From positions 1 through 63,824 of the forward strand of contig JAAYIR010000089.1 of assembly GCA_012523355.1 (NCBI GenBank): a stretch of DNA of 63,824 bases, given 5' to 3'. Shown in pieces: positions 44,359-52,906 of this stretch. The position numbers and the translations under genes are program-made. Below the pieces are notes generated by a model. It did not search any database. It had not been told where the DNA came from and saw only the letters and a program-made list of their open reading frames with translations. This DNA comes from a candidate division WS1 bacterium. GTDB taxonomy: Bacteria > Armatimonadota > Zipacnadia > Zipacnadales > Zipacnadaceae. Within the stretch, counting starts at the first letter, position 1, and each line of letters starts with the position of its first letter.

Positions 44359-44488
44359 GGATATGCCTCCTCTGTCTCGACGACTTTGGTCTCCCCCCAC
44401 GACCCCGTGCATCCGCCCGGCCCTCAGACTCCTCCTCTGCAGACGAGCTTGCGCCGTGCGCGAAAGGGGCCGCGGATTGAGAAAGCAT

Positions 44489-45847
44489 TCATCTGACCCC
44501 TACACCCAGCGCCCTCAGGGCCTCCCCCACCACGAAGATAGACCCCGTCACGCAGATGCAGTCCTCCGGCGCGGCAATTTCGCGCGCTCGGGTCAGCGCC
44601 TCCGCCACCGTCCAGCACACATATGGCGTGGTCCGCCACAGGGGCCAGGTCGCGCGGGCCAGCTCGCTGGCCCACTTGGCGCGGTGTACCATCGCTTGCG
44701 TCAGGATTACCCGGTCGGCCAGCGGGGCTATCTCCTCCGCCGCCTCCGCGATCTCCTTGTCCGCCGACATCCCCAGGACCAGTACGAGTCGCTCGAAGGG
44801 CAGCGACTCCCGCAGCGTCCCGGCCAGCGCCCGCAGCGAGGGGGCATTGTGCGCGCAGTCCACCACCAGCCAGGGCCGACGCTCCAGTACCTCAAACCGT
44901 CCCGGCCAGCGTACCCTCTCCACCCCCCGCACGAACTGCTCCCTTGTGATAGTAAAGCCCTGCCGATTTAGCTCCTCGATAGCGCCCCAGGCCAGCGCCA
45001 GGTTTCCGGTCTGATGTTCGCCCAGCAGGGGCAGAGCGATTGGCACCTCACCTTGTCCCGTGCTCAGCACCACCGGCTGAGTCACCACCGGCTGCCGGCT
45101 GCGGGGCGAAACGTCAGGCCTCCCGGTCACCCGCGCCCGCGGCGCCTCCCGCACGGGCGCTTTCAGCTTTCTCGCGCGTGCGAGTATAACCTCTCGCGCT
45201 TCCGGCGCTTGCGCTCCCAGGACCAGGGGGACCCCCGGCTTGATGATCCCCGCCTTCTCACGGGCAATCTGCTCCAGCGTGTCCCCCAGGATATCTGTAT
45301 GGTCCCGCCCGATCGTGGTGATCGCCGTCACCCGCGGCGAGGCCACGTTGGTCGCATCCAGCCGCCCTCCCAACCCCGTCTCCACTACCGCCACTCCCAC
45401 CCCCCCCTCGGCGCAGGCCAGAAAGCCCATGGCCGTGTAGAGCTCAAAGAAGGTCGGTGGGTTCAGGTCCTCGCGGGAGCCCACGGCCTCCACCACCGGT
45501 TGCACGGCCCGCACCAACTGCACCACCCGGCGCTCGCTAATCGGCTTCCCCTCCAGACGGATGCGCTCCCGCATGCTCAGAAGGTGTGGCGAGGTGTACA
45601 GCCCTGTCCGATATCCCGCCTCCCGCAAGGCCGCTTCGGCCAGCGCCGCAGTCGAGCCCTTTCCCTTCGTTCCGGCCAGGTGCAGCACGGCTAGACGCTC
45701 TTGCGGATTGCCAAGTCCCTCCAGTAGCGCACGAATAGTGTCGAGGTTGACCAAATCAGCGAAATGCCGCCGGAAGCCCCGCCGTTCAAAGTCCACAAAG
45801 GAGTGCAAATACTCCCGCGCTTGCTCAAAGTTACGGATGGTGGTCAT
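44489..45847 (-). CDS. folC: Bifunctional folylpolyglutamate synthase / dihydrofolate synthase
   Basis: HLAGTKGKGST P-loop, ETGLGGRLDATN, and the Mur-ligase-like C-domain. Confidence 0.9.
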   Translation of the reverse strand: MTTIRNFEQAREYLHSFVDFERRGFRRHFADLVNLDTIRALLEGLGNPQERLAVLHLAGTKGKGSTAALAEAALREAGYRTGLYTSPHLLSMRERIRLEGKPISERRVVQLVRAVQPVVEAVGSREDLNPPTFFELYTAMGFLACAEGGVGVAVVETGLGGRLDATNVASPRVTAITTIGRDHTDILGDTLEQIAREKAGIIKPGVPLVLGAQAPEAREVILARARKLKAPVREAPRARVTGRPDVSPRSRQPVVTQPVVLSTGQGEVPIALPLLGEHQTGNLALAWGAIEELNRQGFTITREQFVRGVERVRWPGRFEVLERRPWLVVDCAHNAPSLRALAGTLRESLPFERLVLVLGMSADKEIAEAAEEIAPLADRVILTQAMVHRAKWASELARATWPLWRTTPYVCWTVAEALTRAREIAAPEDCICVTGSIFVVGEALRALGVGVR

Positions 45848-45950
45848 CTGGACATAAGCGGAGCTACAACGGAGGCCCTAGACCTCTCGTGAATCCTCAC
45901 CGGGTGGCGCTTTGGCAGGAGTTTTCCTCCTCCGCTGCGAAACTCCTGCC

Positions 45951-48458
45951 ATGCGCGTGCCGCTACCCAGCGTCTCCGATCCCCCGAGCCGCTGGCTGCT
46001 CCGTCAGCTTGCCTATCGCCCGCTGCTCCTGCTGGCGGTGGGCCTGGCCCTCGGGATCGCCCTGGCGGATCACCTTGAGCTGCTATTTTCTCTCCCGGTG
46101 GCGCTTCTCGCCGCGGGTGTGACGGGACTGTTCATGTTCCTAGGAACCGTCACGCCCTACCACCGCCTTCTGCTCCCGATAGTGGCACTGACAGCAGGTC
46201 TCCTCCTTCAGAGCCTGCACTCCGTACTCCCACGCGATCACTACCGTCATCTCTTGCCACAACGGCAAACCCACGTGATCGCACGAGTTACGAGCACCCC
46301 CGTAGAGACCCGCACCGGGGGCGCGGTATTCACCGCCCGGGTGGAGCAGTTAGCTCTCGGCGAGTCCTGGCAACACACCAGCGGCCGCGCCAACTTCTAC
46401 GCGCCTCCGGGCCTGCCACAGCTTAATCTCGGAGACCACTTTGCCGCCCAGGTGCTCAATTTCCGTGAGCCGTCTGCGGTCCTAAACCCCGCTCAGGTGA
46501 ACCGTCAGCGTGCTTTGGCTCATGAGGGCATTTACGGCCAGGCTAACCTGGTCACCATGCATCGTCTCGACTCTGGCGCCTGGGATCCTCGTCTGGAGGA
46601 GTTCATGGCCCAGCGCCAGCAACTCGCCGTGGCCAACTTCACCGCCGCCATGCCGCTCCAGGACGGCCCCTTCTACGCCAGCCTGCTGGGCGGCATGGTC
46701 TTTGGCCAGCGCGCGGCGGGCCGGCTGGACGATGACACTTATCAGATGTTCCGCGAGACCGGCACCATTCATCTCCTGGTAGTCTCCGGTGCGCAGATCA
46801 CCTTCATCATCTTCACGGTAATCTTCCTCGCCACTGGTCTTCGCCGGCGCGCCCTCTCCCCGTGGCATCTCGCCCTCATCGCCCCGCCTCTTCTCGCCTT
46901 CGCACTGTTTGCGGGCCTGTGCGCTTCCGTCTCGCGCGCGCTGGTGATGGCCGGCTTGCTGTCTTATGCCCTGGTAACCCATCGTCGCTATGACGCTCTC
47001 AGCGCCCTGAGCCTGTCTGCGCTGGTCTTGATGCTCGCTGACAGCAGCATCGTCTTCGACGTTGGCGCACAGCTCACCTACGCCGCGACCCTTGGGGTGA
47101 TACTCTTCATCCCCCGGGCCCGGCCACGCGGACCTCTCGGAGAGACTCACCGGCCTGGCATGTTCGCCACCGCTGCCTATGCCACCCTGGGGGCCTGGGT
47201 CATGACCACCCCCATTATTGTCACGACCTTTCACGACCTCCCTCTGCTCGGCTCTCTGGCCAACCTGGTGGCCGTGCCTCTGTCCTTCGCCTTGATGCCT
47301 TTGGGGATGGTCGCTCTGGTGACCGGCGCCTGGCTGCAGCCGATCACTATCGTGCTCTGTGGCACCAGCCGTCTGCTCCTCAGCGTGATGCTGGCCACCA
47401 ACCGGCTCTGCCAGGCCCTGCCGGGCGCCTACCTCGACCTCGTTCACTTCGGTCCACTGGTAATCGCGCTTTGGTACCTCTTGCTGGGGGGTAGCCTCCT
47501 GCTCCTGACGCGGCGCGACTTGCTGGCACGCCTCTTACCTGGCCCTCGCCGCCGTCAGGCCGGGTTCTACCTGGGCGCGGTGGCTCTCGCCAGCTTGGTG
47601 CTGGCCGGGGCCGCGCGTTATGGCCGTCCACCGCTTCTGCGCGTTAGCGTGCTGGCCGTCGGCGAGGGGCAATGCATAATCGTTCAGAGTCCCAGCGGCA
47701 AGACCCTGCTCATGGATGCCGGGCACGCTTCGCCCTCCGGGGGGCAACGCCTGGCGGAAGACGTCATCCTGCCCTACCTGGCCTGGCGGGGGATACGTCG
47801 CCTGGATTTCGTGCTGCTGACCCATGCCCACGCCGACCACTGTAACGCCCTGCCGTATCTGATGAAGCGCGTGCCTTTGGAGCAGTACTACGACCCGCGC
47901 CTGCCCTATTCGAGCACCGACCACACCGCCCTCGAGGCTGTGCTGAAAGAACGCGGCCAGCAGCCCCGACGGGCACGCGCCGGAGTACACTTAGACTTGG
48001 GACCAGACGTCCGCGCTTTGGTGGTTGCCCCCCCTCCTGACCTACCAGAGAGGGAACCTGCGCGATCGGTCACGGGTGGTAAGGAGGACAGCCCCTGCAA
48101 CAACGACTCAGCGGCCCTGTTGCTTCGGTACCGGGATACACAGATTCTGCTGACCGGCGATCAGGAGGAGGCAGGCTTGGCGGCAATTCAGGCGTGGGCT
48201 GAGCAGACGCGGGTGCCCCTTGAAAGTCAGGCATTCCTGCTGCCGCATCACGGACGCTCGGCGCAGTGGTGTGCCCCTCTATTGCAGCTCGCGCGCCCTC
48301 GGTGGGTGCTGGCTTCCGGAGCAGAAAAGTCCGCCACCCGGGGAGCCCCTGTCAACACTCTCTACACTCAGGACACGGGCACAATCTGGATAGAGAGCGA
48401 CGGGCGGCAGGTGCAGGTGAAGACCTTCCTAGGAGGCCGGGAGGTAGTCGGCCGCTAG
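45951..48458 (+). CDS. comEC: DNA internalisation competence protein ComEC/Rec2 (competence domain plus metallo-beta-lactamase domain)
   Basis: Multiple TM segments, GTIHLLVVSGAQI competence motif, C-terminal MBL motif LLTHAHADH and LPHHG. ATG at 45951. Confidence 0.9.
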   Translation: MRVPLPSVSDPPSRWLLRQLAYRPLLLLAVGLALGIALADHLELLFSLPVALLAAGVTGLFMFLGTVTPYHRLLLPIVALTAGLLLQSLHSVLPRDHYRHLLPQRQTHVIARVTSTPVETRTGGAVFTARVEQLALGESWQHTSGRANFYAPPGLPQLNLGDHFAAQVLNFREPSAVLNPAQVNRQRALAHEGIYGQANLVTMHRLDSGAWDPRLEEFMAQRQQLAVANFTAAMPLQDGPFYASLLGGMVFGQRAAGRLDDDTYQMFRETGTIHLLVVSGAQITFIIFTVIFLATGLRRRALSPWHLALIAPPLLAFALFAGLCASVSRALVMAGLLSYALVTHRRYDALSALSLSALVLMLADSSIVFDVGAQLTYAATLGVILFIPRARPRGPLGETHRPGMFATAAYATLGAWVMTTPIIVTTFHDLPLLGSLANLVAVPLSFALMPLGMVALVTGAWLQPITIVLCGTSRLLLSVMLATNRLCQALPGAYLDLVHFGPLVIALWYLLLGGSLLLLTRRDLLARLLPGPRRRQAGFYLGAVALASLVLAGAARYGRPPLLRVSVLAVGEGQCIIVQSPSGKTLLMDAGHASPSGGQRLAEDVILPYLAWRGIRRLDFVLLTHAHADHCNALPYLMKRVPLEQYYDPRLPYSSTDHTALEAVLKERGQQPRRARAGVHLDLGPDVRALVVAPPPDLPEREPARSVTGGKEDSPCNNDSAALLLRYRDTQILLTGDQEEAGLAAIQAWAEQTRVPLESQAFLLPHHGRSAQWCAPLLQLARPRWVLASGAEKSATRGAPVNTLYTQDTGTIWIESDGRQVQVKTFLGGREVVGR

Positions 48459-48580
48459 GCGTTAGGCAGGAAGTTCAGAGGCCGGACAAGCAAGTCTACT
48501 AACGAGCAGCGCTGGCGAGCGGGCTCGCGGACCCAGCCCCGGTAACCAAGGCGGTTGTCTCCTTCACTCATCCTTCCCGG

Positions 48581-49441
48581 CTAGTCCGGTCCAGACATAA
48601 ACCAGCTCTTGTACTTTCGCTGGAAGCGCTCCTCGGTCGTGGTCAGGTACATGATCCCCTCGATGATCCCGGCGATAGCCGGGATCCAGGAGAGAAAGCC
48701 TACGGTGATCACGGTGACGCCGAGATAGATGCCAGCCTGGGCGTAGTTGCCCAGGTACCAGTGGTGCGCACCGAAGGCTCCCAGCAAGATCGCCAGGATC
48801 CCGGCGGCCGTCCGGTCCCTGGGTCCCGCCGTCACGCTGGCCGCCGGCGCGCCGTGGGCAGGACTGGGGTTGAACTCCACGAGTTGGTGCAGTGGCCGCC
48901 AGTTGCTCTCGCCGGCACGCGCCGCCAGCGTCTCCCAGGTGACTTGCCCGGAAGCCAGCCAGGCTCGGATATCCTCGGCGCGATAGGGTCCATAGGTCGT
49001 CCCGCCCACGTTGGTGTACCACTCTCCGCCGCTTTCGATGGTTGGGGCTCCACCAGCCGCTACGCCCACGGGAGCAGCCGCAGCGGCGGCCTGGCCGGGT
49101 TGGATTGGCTTCTGCGCCTCGCCAGCGGATGCCGCACGTGCCGACTCCGGCACGTTGCTCTCCGCGGGGCTCACCTCTACGGGCGGCGTGCCTGCTGCCG
49201 GGGGCGGCGCGACCGGAGCTGCTGGCCACGCTGGAGCCGCCGGCGCTGCCGTTTCCTCTTCTAGCGTGACCTCCACCTCCTCGGAGGGCGGCGCCGGCTC
49301 TGCCGGTGGCGTCACAGTGGGGGGAGGGGTAGGCCTGGGGGCGTTCTCCAGCTCCTCGCTGGAGACGTCCAGTGTCGGCTCCTCGGGAGGCTGAGAGCCT
49401 CCCGGCGGGGGAGTTCCTGGGGCGCCCTGATCCGTGGACAT
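48581..49441 (-). CDS. Pro/Ala-rich protein with a GYF_2-like domain and a C-terminal TM2 domain
   Basis: GEWYTNVGGTTYGPYRAEDIRAWLASGQV is GYF_2/DUF4339-like. LAILLGAFGAHHWYLGNY...GIIEGIMYL is a TM2 domain. The N-terminal 120 aa is P/A/E low complexity. Confidence 0.7.
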   Translation of the reverse strand: MSTDQGAPGTPPPGGSQPPEEPTLDVSSEELENAPRPTPPPTVTPPAEPAPPSEEVEVTLEEETAAPAAPAWPAAPVAPPPAAGTPPVEVSPAESNVPESARAASAGEAQKPIQPGQAAAAAAPVGVAAGGAPTIESGGEWYTNVGGTTYGPYRAEDIRAWLASGQVTWETLAARAGESNWRPLHQLVEFNPSPAHGAPAASVTAGPRDRTAAGILAILLGAFGAHHWYLGNYAQAGIYLGVTVITVGFLSWIPAIAGIIEGIMYLTTTEERFQRKYKSWFMSGPD

Positions 49442-49499
49442 GTGATCACCTCAAAGGTTTGGTATGCGAGCTGGGGGGCAGTAACCGGATCGGAAGAGC

Positions 49500-49575
49500 T
49501 GGAGGCGGCAGCCGGAGTCGAACCGGCGAATAACGGTTTTGCAGACCGTCGCCTTAGCCACTTGGCTATGCCGCC
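49500..49575 (-). tRNA. tRNA-Cys (anticodon GCA), CCA encoded
   Basis: Reverse complement reads GGCGGCATAGCCAAGTGGCTAAGGCGACGGTCTGCAAAACCGTTATTCGCCGGTTCGACTCCGGCTGCCGCCTCCA. Anticodon loop CUGCAAA; U73 discriminator typical of Cys. Confidence 0.9.
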
Positions 49576-49663
49576 TCCTCTCGATAGGACGGGCGTCCCG
49601 CCCGTTCCACCGGCGGACACAGAACGGGCGAGGCGGACCTATCCGCCCCGCCCTTGGGAAAAC

Positions 49664-49739
49664 TGGAGCGGAAGAAGGGATTCGAACCCTCGACCTTCTC
49701 CTTGGCAAGGAGGCGCTCTGCCAACTGAGCTACTTCCGC
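49664..49739 (-). tRNA. tRNA-Gly (anticodon GCC), CCA encoded
   Basis: Reverse complement reads GCGGAAGTAGCTCAGTTGGCAGAGCGCCTCCTTGCCAAGGAGAAGGTCGAGGGTTCGAATCCCTTCTTCCGCTCCA. Anticodon loop UUGCCAA. Confidence 0.9.
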
Positions 49740-49821
49740 TTTCTTACGTCAGCTTGAACACCCGCGCAATGGCAGCGAAACGAGAGCTACCGAAACGGCC
49801 TTCATTCTGGCTGCCGTCAGA

Positions 49822-49897
49822 TGGAGCGGGAAAAGGGACTCGAACCCTCGACACCCAGCTTGGGAAGCTGGTGCTCTACCACCTGAGCTATTCCCGC
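49822..49897 (-). tRNA. tRNA-Gly (anticodon CCC), CCA encoded
   Basis: Reverse complement reads GCGGGAATAGCTCAGGTGGTAGAGCACCAGCTTCCCAAGCTGGGTGTCGAGGGTTCGAGTCCCTTTTCCCGCTCCA. Anticodon loop UUCCCAA. Confidence 0.9.
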
Positions 49898-50011
49898 TCC
49901 CACTCGCGATGTTGATTATACCGGATACCGCCGCTACGTGCAACCAGCCTGGGTGACCGGCAAGAGGCCCGCACACTTGCGCCGGGCGGGACGCCCGTCC
50001 TGCTGATCATA

Positions 50012-50087
50012 TGGTGGGCGGTAGAAGACTTGAACTTCTGACTTCAGCCGTGTGAAGGCTGCGCTCTGCCAGCTGAGCTAACCGCCC
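50012..50087 (-). tRNA. tRNA-Val (anticodon CAC), CCA encoded
   Basis: Reverse complement reads GGGCGGTTAGCTCAGCTGGCAGAGCGCAGCCTTCACACGGCTGAAGTCAGAAGTTCAAGTCTTCTACCGCCCACCA. Anticodon loop UUCACAC. Confidence 0.9.
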
Positions 50088-50133
50088 ACACTCCCTGTGC
50101 ACCGAACAGACGCCACCTTTGCCAGGCAGGCTT

Positions 50134-50221
50134 TGGTGCCGAGGGCGGGACTCGAACCCGCACGAACCTTGCGGTCACTAGCCCCTCAAGCTAGCGTGTC
50201 TGCCAATTCCACCACCTCGGC
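50134..50221 (-). tRNA. tRNA-Leu (anticodon GAG), long variable arm, CCA encoded
   Basis: Reverse complement reads GCCGAGGTGGTGGAATTGGCAGACACGCTAGCTTGAGGGGCTAGTGACCGCAAGGTTCGTGCGGGTTCGAGTCCCGCCCTCGGCACCA. Anticodon loop UUGAGGG. 88 nt, class II. Confidence 0.9.
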
Positions 50222-50367
50222 GCTGTGCAGCATTAGTATATGCAGCCGCGCCCTTCAAGTCAAGGTCCGAACTACCGACCCCGCCGGCCACTGCGGAATA
50301 CCGTCCCCCTCTCCCCAGACGCCAGAGATTGGGTGCCAGGCAAGGGTGAGAAGTGGCACTCAGTCTC

Positions 50368-50396
50368 TTGACTGTTTCGCTGCGGCGCGCTACAAT
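50368..50396 (+). promoter_or_regulatory. Near-consensus sigma70-like promoter upstream of the NfnAB-like operon
   Basis: TTGACT (50368..50373), a 17-nt spacer, then TACAAT (50391..50396). Confidence 0.65.
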
Positions 50397-50403
50397 GTCC
50401 CTG

Positions 50404-50439
50404 GCGTCGCGGGATCGTCCGCGACGCTGGTTTTGTGTT
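50404..50439 (+). promoter_or_regulatory. Leader hairpin with a U-rich tail (attenuator/terminator-like) between the promoter and the nfnA-like start
   Basis: GCGTCGCGG-gatcgt-CCGCGACGC (9-bp perfect stem, 50404..50427) followed by TGGTTTTGTGTT. It lies before the GGAGGG RBS and the ATG at 50459. Confidence 0.5.
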
Positions 50440-50458
50440 CCGGAGGGAATACGCCAAT

Positions 50459-51313
50459 ATGAGCGCAAACGAGATCGTCCTCAAAGAAGAGATCGCCCCA
50501 CAGACCTACCGCTACGTCGTTCGTCATCCGAAGATCGCCCGCAAGCGCCGCGCCGGCCAGTTTGTCATTCTCCGCGTACACGAGGGTGGCGAGCGGGTGC
50601 CGCTGACGATTGTAGACTCCGACCCCGAGGCCGGCACCGTGACTCTCATCTTCCAGGCCGTCGGACACTCCACCCGCGAACTGGCCGAGCTGGAGGTCGG
50701 GGACCAGGTCCTGGACCTCGCTGGGCCTCTCGGCCAGCCCACGCATATTGAGAACTTCGGTACCGCCTGCGTCATTGGTGGGGGGTATGGCACCGCTCCG
50801 GTGCTGCCCATTGCCGTGGCACTGCGCGAGGCGGGCAATGAACTCCTCGGCATCGTCGGTGCCCGCACCCGGGAGCTGGTCATCCTGGAGGAGGAACTCC
50901 AGGCCCTGTGCTCTCGCCTGGAGGTCGCCACCGACGACGGCAGCTATGGACACCACGGTTTCGTCACTGACGTCCTGCAGAAGCTTCTGGACGAGGGCCA
51001 GAAGATTGACTTCGTCCTCGCTATCGGCCCCGCGCCGATGATGCGCGCTGTCTCCGATCTGACGCGCCAACATGGCATCAAGACCATGGTCAGCCTCAAC
51101 CCCCTGATGGTTGATGGCACGGGCATGTGCGGCGGCTGCCGCGTCGAGGTCGGCGGCGAGACAAAGTTCGCCTGCGTGGACGGCCCTGAATTCGATGGTC
51201 ACCTGGTCAATTTTGACCTACTTATGAAACGTCAGGCTACCTATAAGCCGCAAGAGACCGAGGCCTGCCAGCTGGAATCTCATTGCCGGCTTTCCGAGCA
51301 CCTGCGCCACTAG
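50459..51313 (+). CDS. NfnA/SudB-like FAD/NAD(P)-binding and [2Fe-2S] electron-transfer subunit (PyrK-like)
   Basis: RRAGQFVILRV FAD-binding barrel, GGGYGTAP nucleotide motif, and C-terminal CGGCRV...FACVDGPEF [2Fe-2S] motif. Confidence 0.8.
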   Translation: MSANEIVLKEEIAPQTYRYVVRHPKIARKRRAGQFVILRVHEGGERVPLTIVDSDPEAGTVTLIFQAVGHSTRELAELEVGDQVLDLAGPLGQPTHIENFGTACVIGGGYGTAPVLPIAVALREAGNELLGIVGARTRELVILEEELQALCSRLEVATDDGSYGHHGFVTDVLQKLLDEGQKIDFVLAIGPAPMMRAVSDLTRQHGIKTMVSLNPLMVDGTGMCGGCRVEVGGETKFACVDGPEFDGHLVNFDLLMKRQATYKPQETEACQLESHCRLSEHLRH

Positions 51314-51339
51314 GCCCCATTTTTTCCCGGAGGAGTACC

Positions 51340-52740
51340 ATGCCCCACCCTTCGCAGAATCCGCGTCAACCCATGCCCGAGCAGCCGCCCGAGGAGCGCA
51401 TCAAGAACTTCTCCGAGGTGCCGCTGGGCTATACGCCCGAACAGGCTCAGGCGGAAGCCTCACGTTGCCTGCGCTGCAGGAAGCCTCAGTGTGTCGCTGG
51501 CTGCCCCGTCGCCGTGGACATCCCCGGCTTCCTGGCCCTCGCAGCGGAGGGCAAGTTCACCGAGGCTGCCAACAAGATTATGGAGACCAATGTGCTCCCC
51601 GCGGTGTGCGGCCGGGTCTGCCCCCAGGAGACGCAGTGCGAGGCCCTCTGCGTGCTCGGTAAGAAGGGCGAGCCGATCGCGGTGGGCCGCATCGAACGCT
51701 TCGTTGCGGACTGGCAGCGCGAGCGCGGCGAGTACCAGCCTCCCGAGCGCCCTTCGCCCAGCGGCAAGCGAGTGGCGATTGTCGGCTCAGGACCCGCGGG
51801 TCTAACCGCCGCCGCCGACCTGGCCAAGCGGGGGCATGAGGTCACCGTCTTCGAGGCCCTGCATGAGATGGGCGGCGTGCTGGTCTACGGCATTCCTGAG
51901 TTCCGCTTGCCCAAGGCCATCCTCAAGGCCGAGGTGAACCGTCTTCAGGAACTGGGCGTTAAGCTGGAAACCAGCGCGGTTATCGGCAAGCTCGACACCA
52001 TCGAGGATTTGCTCACCGAGGAGGGCTTCGACGCTGTCTTCGTCGGCACCGGCGCAGGCTTGCCCACCTTTATGGGCCTTCCGGGCGAGAACCTGATCGG
52101 GGTGTACTCCGCCAACGAATTCCTCACCCGCTCCAATCTCATGCGCGCCTACGACTCCAACCAGGCCGATACCCCCATTGCTCGCGGGCAGCGAGTGATG
52201 GTCGTCGGCGGCGGCAACGTCGCCATGGACGCGGCCCGCACCGCTCGCCGCCTGGGCGCGGAGAAGGTCATCCTGGCCTACCGTCGCTCCCGTGAGGAGA
52301 TGCCGGCCCGCGCTGAAGAGATTCACCATGCGGAGGAGGAGGGCATTGAATTTCACCTCCTCAGTGCGCCCGTGGCTTTCCTCGGGGATGACAACAGCCG
52401 CCTGCGCGCCGCGGTGATCCAGAAGATGGAGCTCGGCGAGCCCGACGACAGCGGCCGTCGTCGCCCGGTGCCCATCGAGGGCTCGGAGTTCGAGGAGCCG
52501 ATTGACGTTGCGGTTATTGCCATCGGTGCCGGCGCCAACCCGCTCATCGCCAGTACCACCCCCGGTCTGGAGACCAACCGTAAAGGCTACATCGTGGCCG
52601 ACTCCGAGACAGGAGCCACGAGCCTTCCCGGCGTCTACGCTGGTGGGGATATCGTGACGGGCTCAGCCACCGTCATCGAGGCCATGGGCGCTGGTCGGCG
52701 CGCTGCCGCTGCCATAGACGAGTACCTCAAGAGCCTCTAG
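51340..52740 (+). CDS. NfnB/GltD-like NADPH-dependent oxidoreductase (glutamate synthase small-chain family)
   Basis: CLRCRKPQCVAGCPV and CGRVCPQETQCEALC Fe-S motifs, plus VAIVGSGPAGLTAA and VVGGGNVAMDAART dinucleotide folds. The ATG follows AGGAG. Confidence 0.85.
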   Translation: MPHPSQNPRQPMPEQPPEERIKNFSEVPLGYTPEQAQAEASRCLRCRKPQCVAGCPVAVDIPGFLALAAEGKFTEAANKIMETNVLPAVCGRVCPQETQCEALCVLGKKGEPIAVGRIERFVADWQRERGEYQPPERPSPSGKRVAIVGSGPAGLTAAADLAKRGHEVTVFEALHEMGGVLVYGIPEFRLPKAILKAEVNRLQELGVKLETSAVIGKLDTIEDLLTEEGFDAVFVGTGAGLPTFMGLPGENLIGVYSANEFLTRSNLMRAYDSNQADTPIARGQRVMVVGGGNVAMDAARTARRLGAEKVILAYRRSREEMPARAEEIHHAEEEGIEFHLLSAPVAFLGDDNSRLRAAVIQKMELGEPDDSGRRRPVPIEGSEFEEPIDVAVIAIGAGANPLIASTTPGLETNRKGYIVADSETGATSLPGVYAGGDIVTGSATVIEAMGAGRRAAAAIDEYLKSL

Positions 52741-52827
52741 GGGCCATTCCTCTCCCCCGCACAGCCCTCCGTCTCTCCCCGCGGTGACGTGGGAGTGCGG
52801 CCAGCGGCGCGCGCTGGCTGCTTGCGC

Positions 52828-52855
52828 TTGACTTCGCCTGCATCGGGTGTACAAT
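52828..52855 (+). promoter_or_regulatory. Sigma70-like promoter (extended -10) upstream of pdxS
   Basis: TTGACT (52828..52833), a 16-nt spacer ending in TG, then TACAAT (52850..52855). Confidence 0.6.
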
Positions 52856-52906
52856 CAATTCACTAGAGCAATCGAGCGGCCGAGTGCCGTTTGGAGGTGT
52901 CGGGAC

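Noticed and set aside
46482-47447. 321-aa minus-strand ORF inside comEC.
   Set aside because: It is antisense to the ComEC membrane domain and has no independent support.
48581-49441. Multiple overlapping ORFs on both strands (e.g. 48564..49229, 48761..49264, 49011..49394) within the GYF-TM2 gene.
   Set aside because: They are products of GC-rich, Pro/Ala-coding low-complexity sequence. Only the 286-aa frame has recognisable domains (GYF_2-like, TM2).
49500-50221. The tRNA array as the anchor of an integrated mobile element or genomic island.
   Set aside because: There is no integrase, excisionase or phage-like gene and no repeated tRNA 3' end that I could see in the flanks. The neighbouring genes look like core metabolism.
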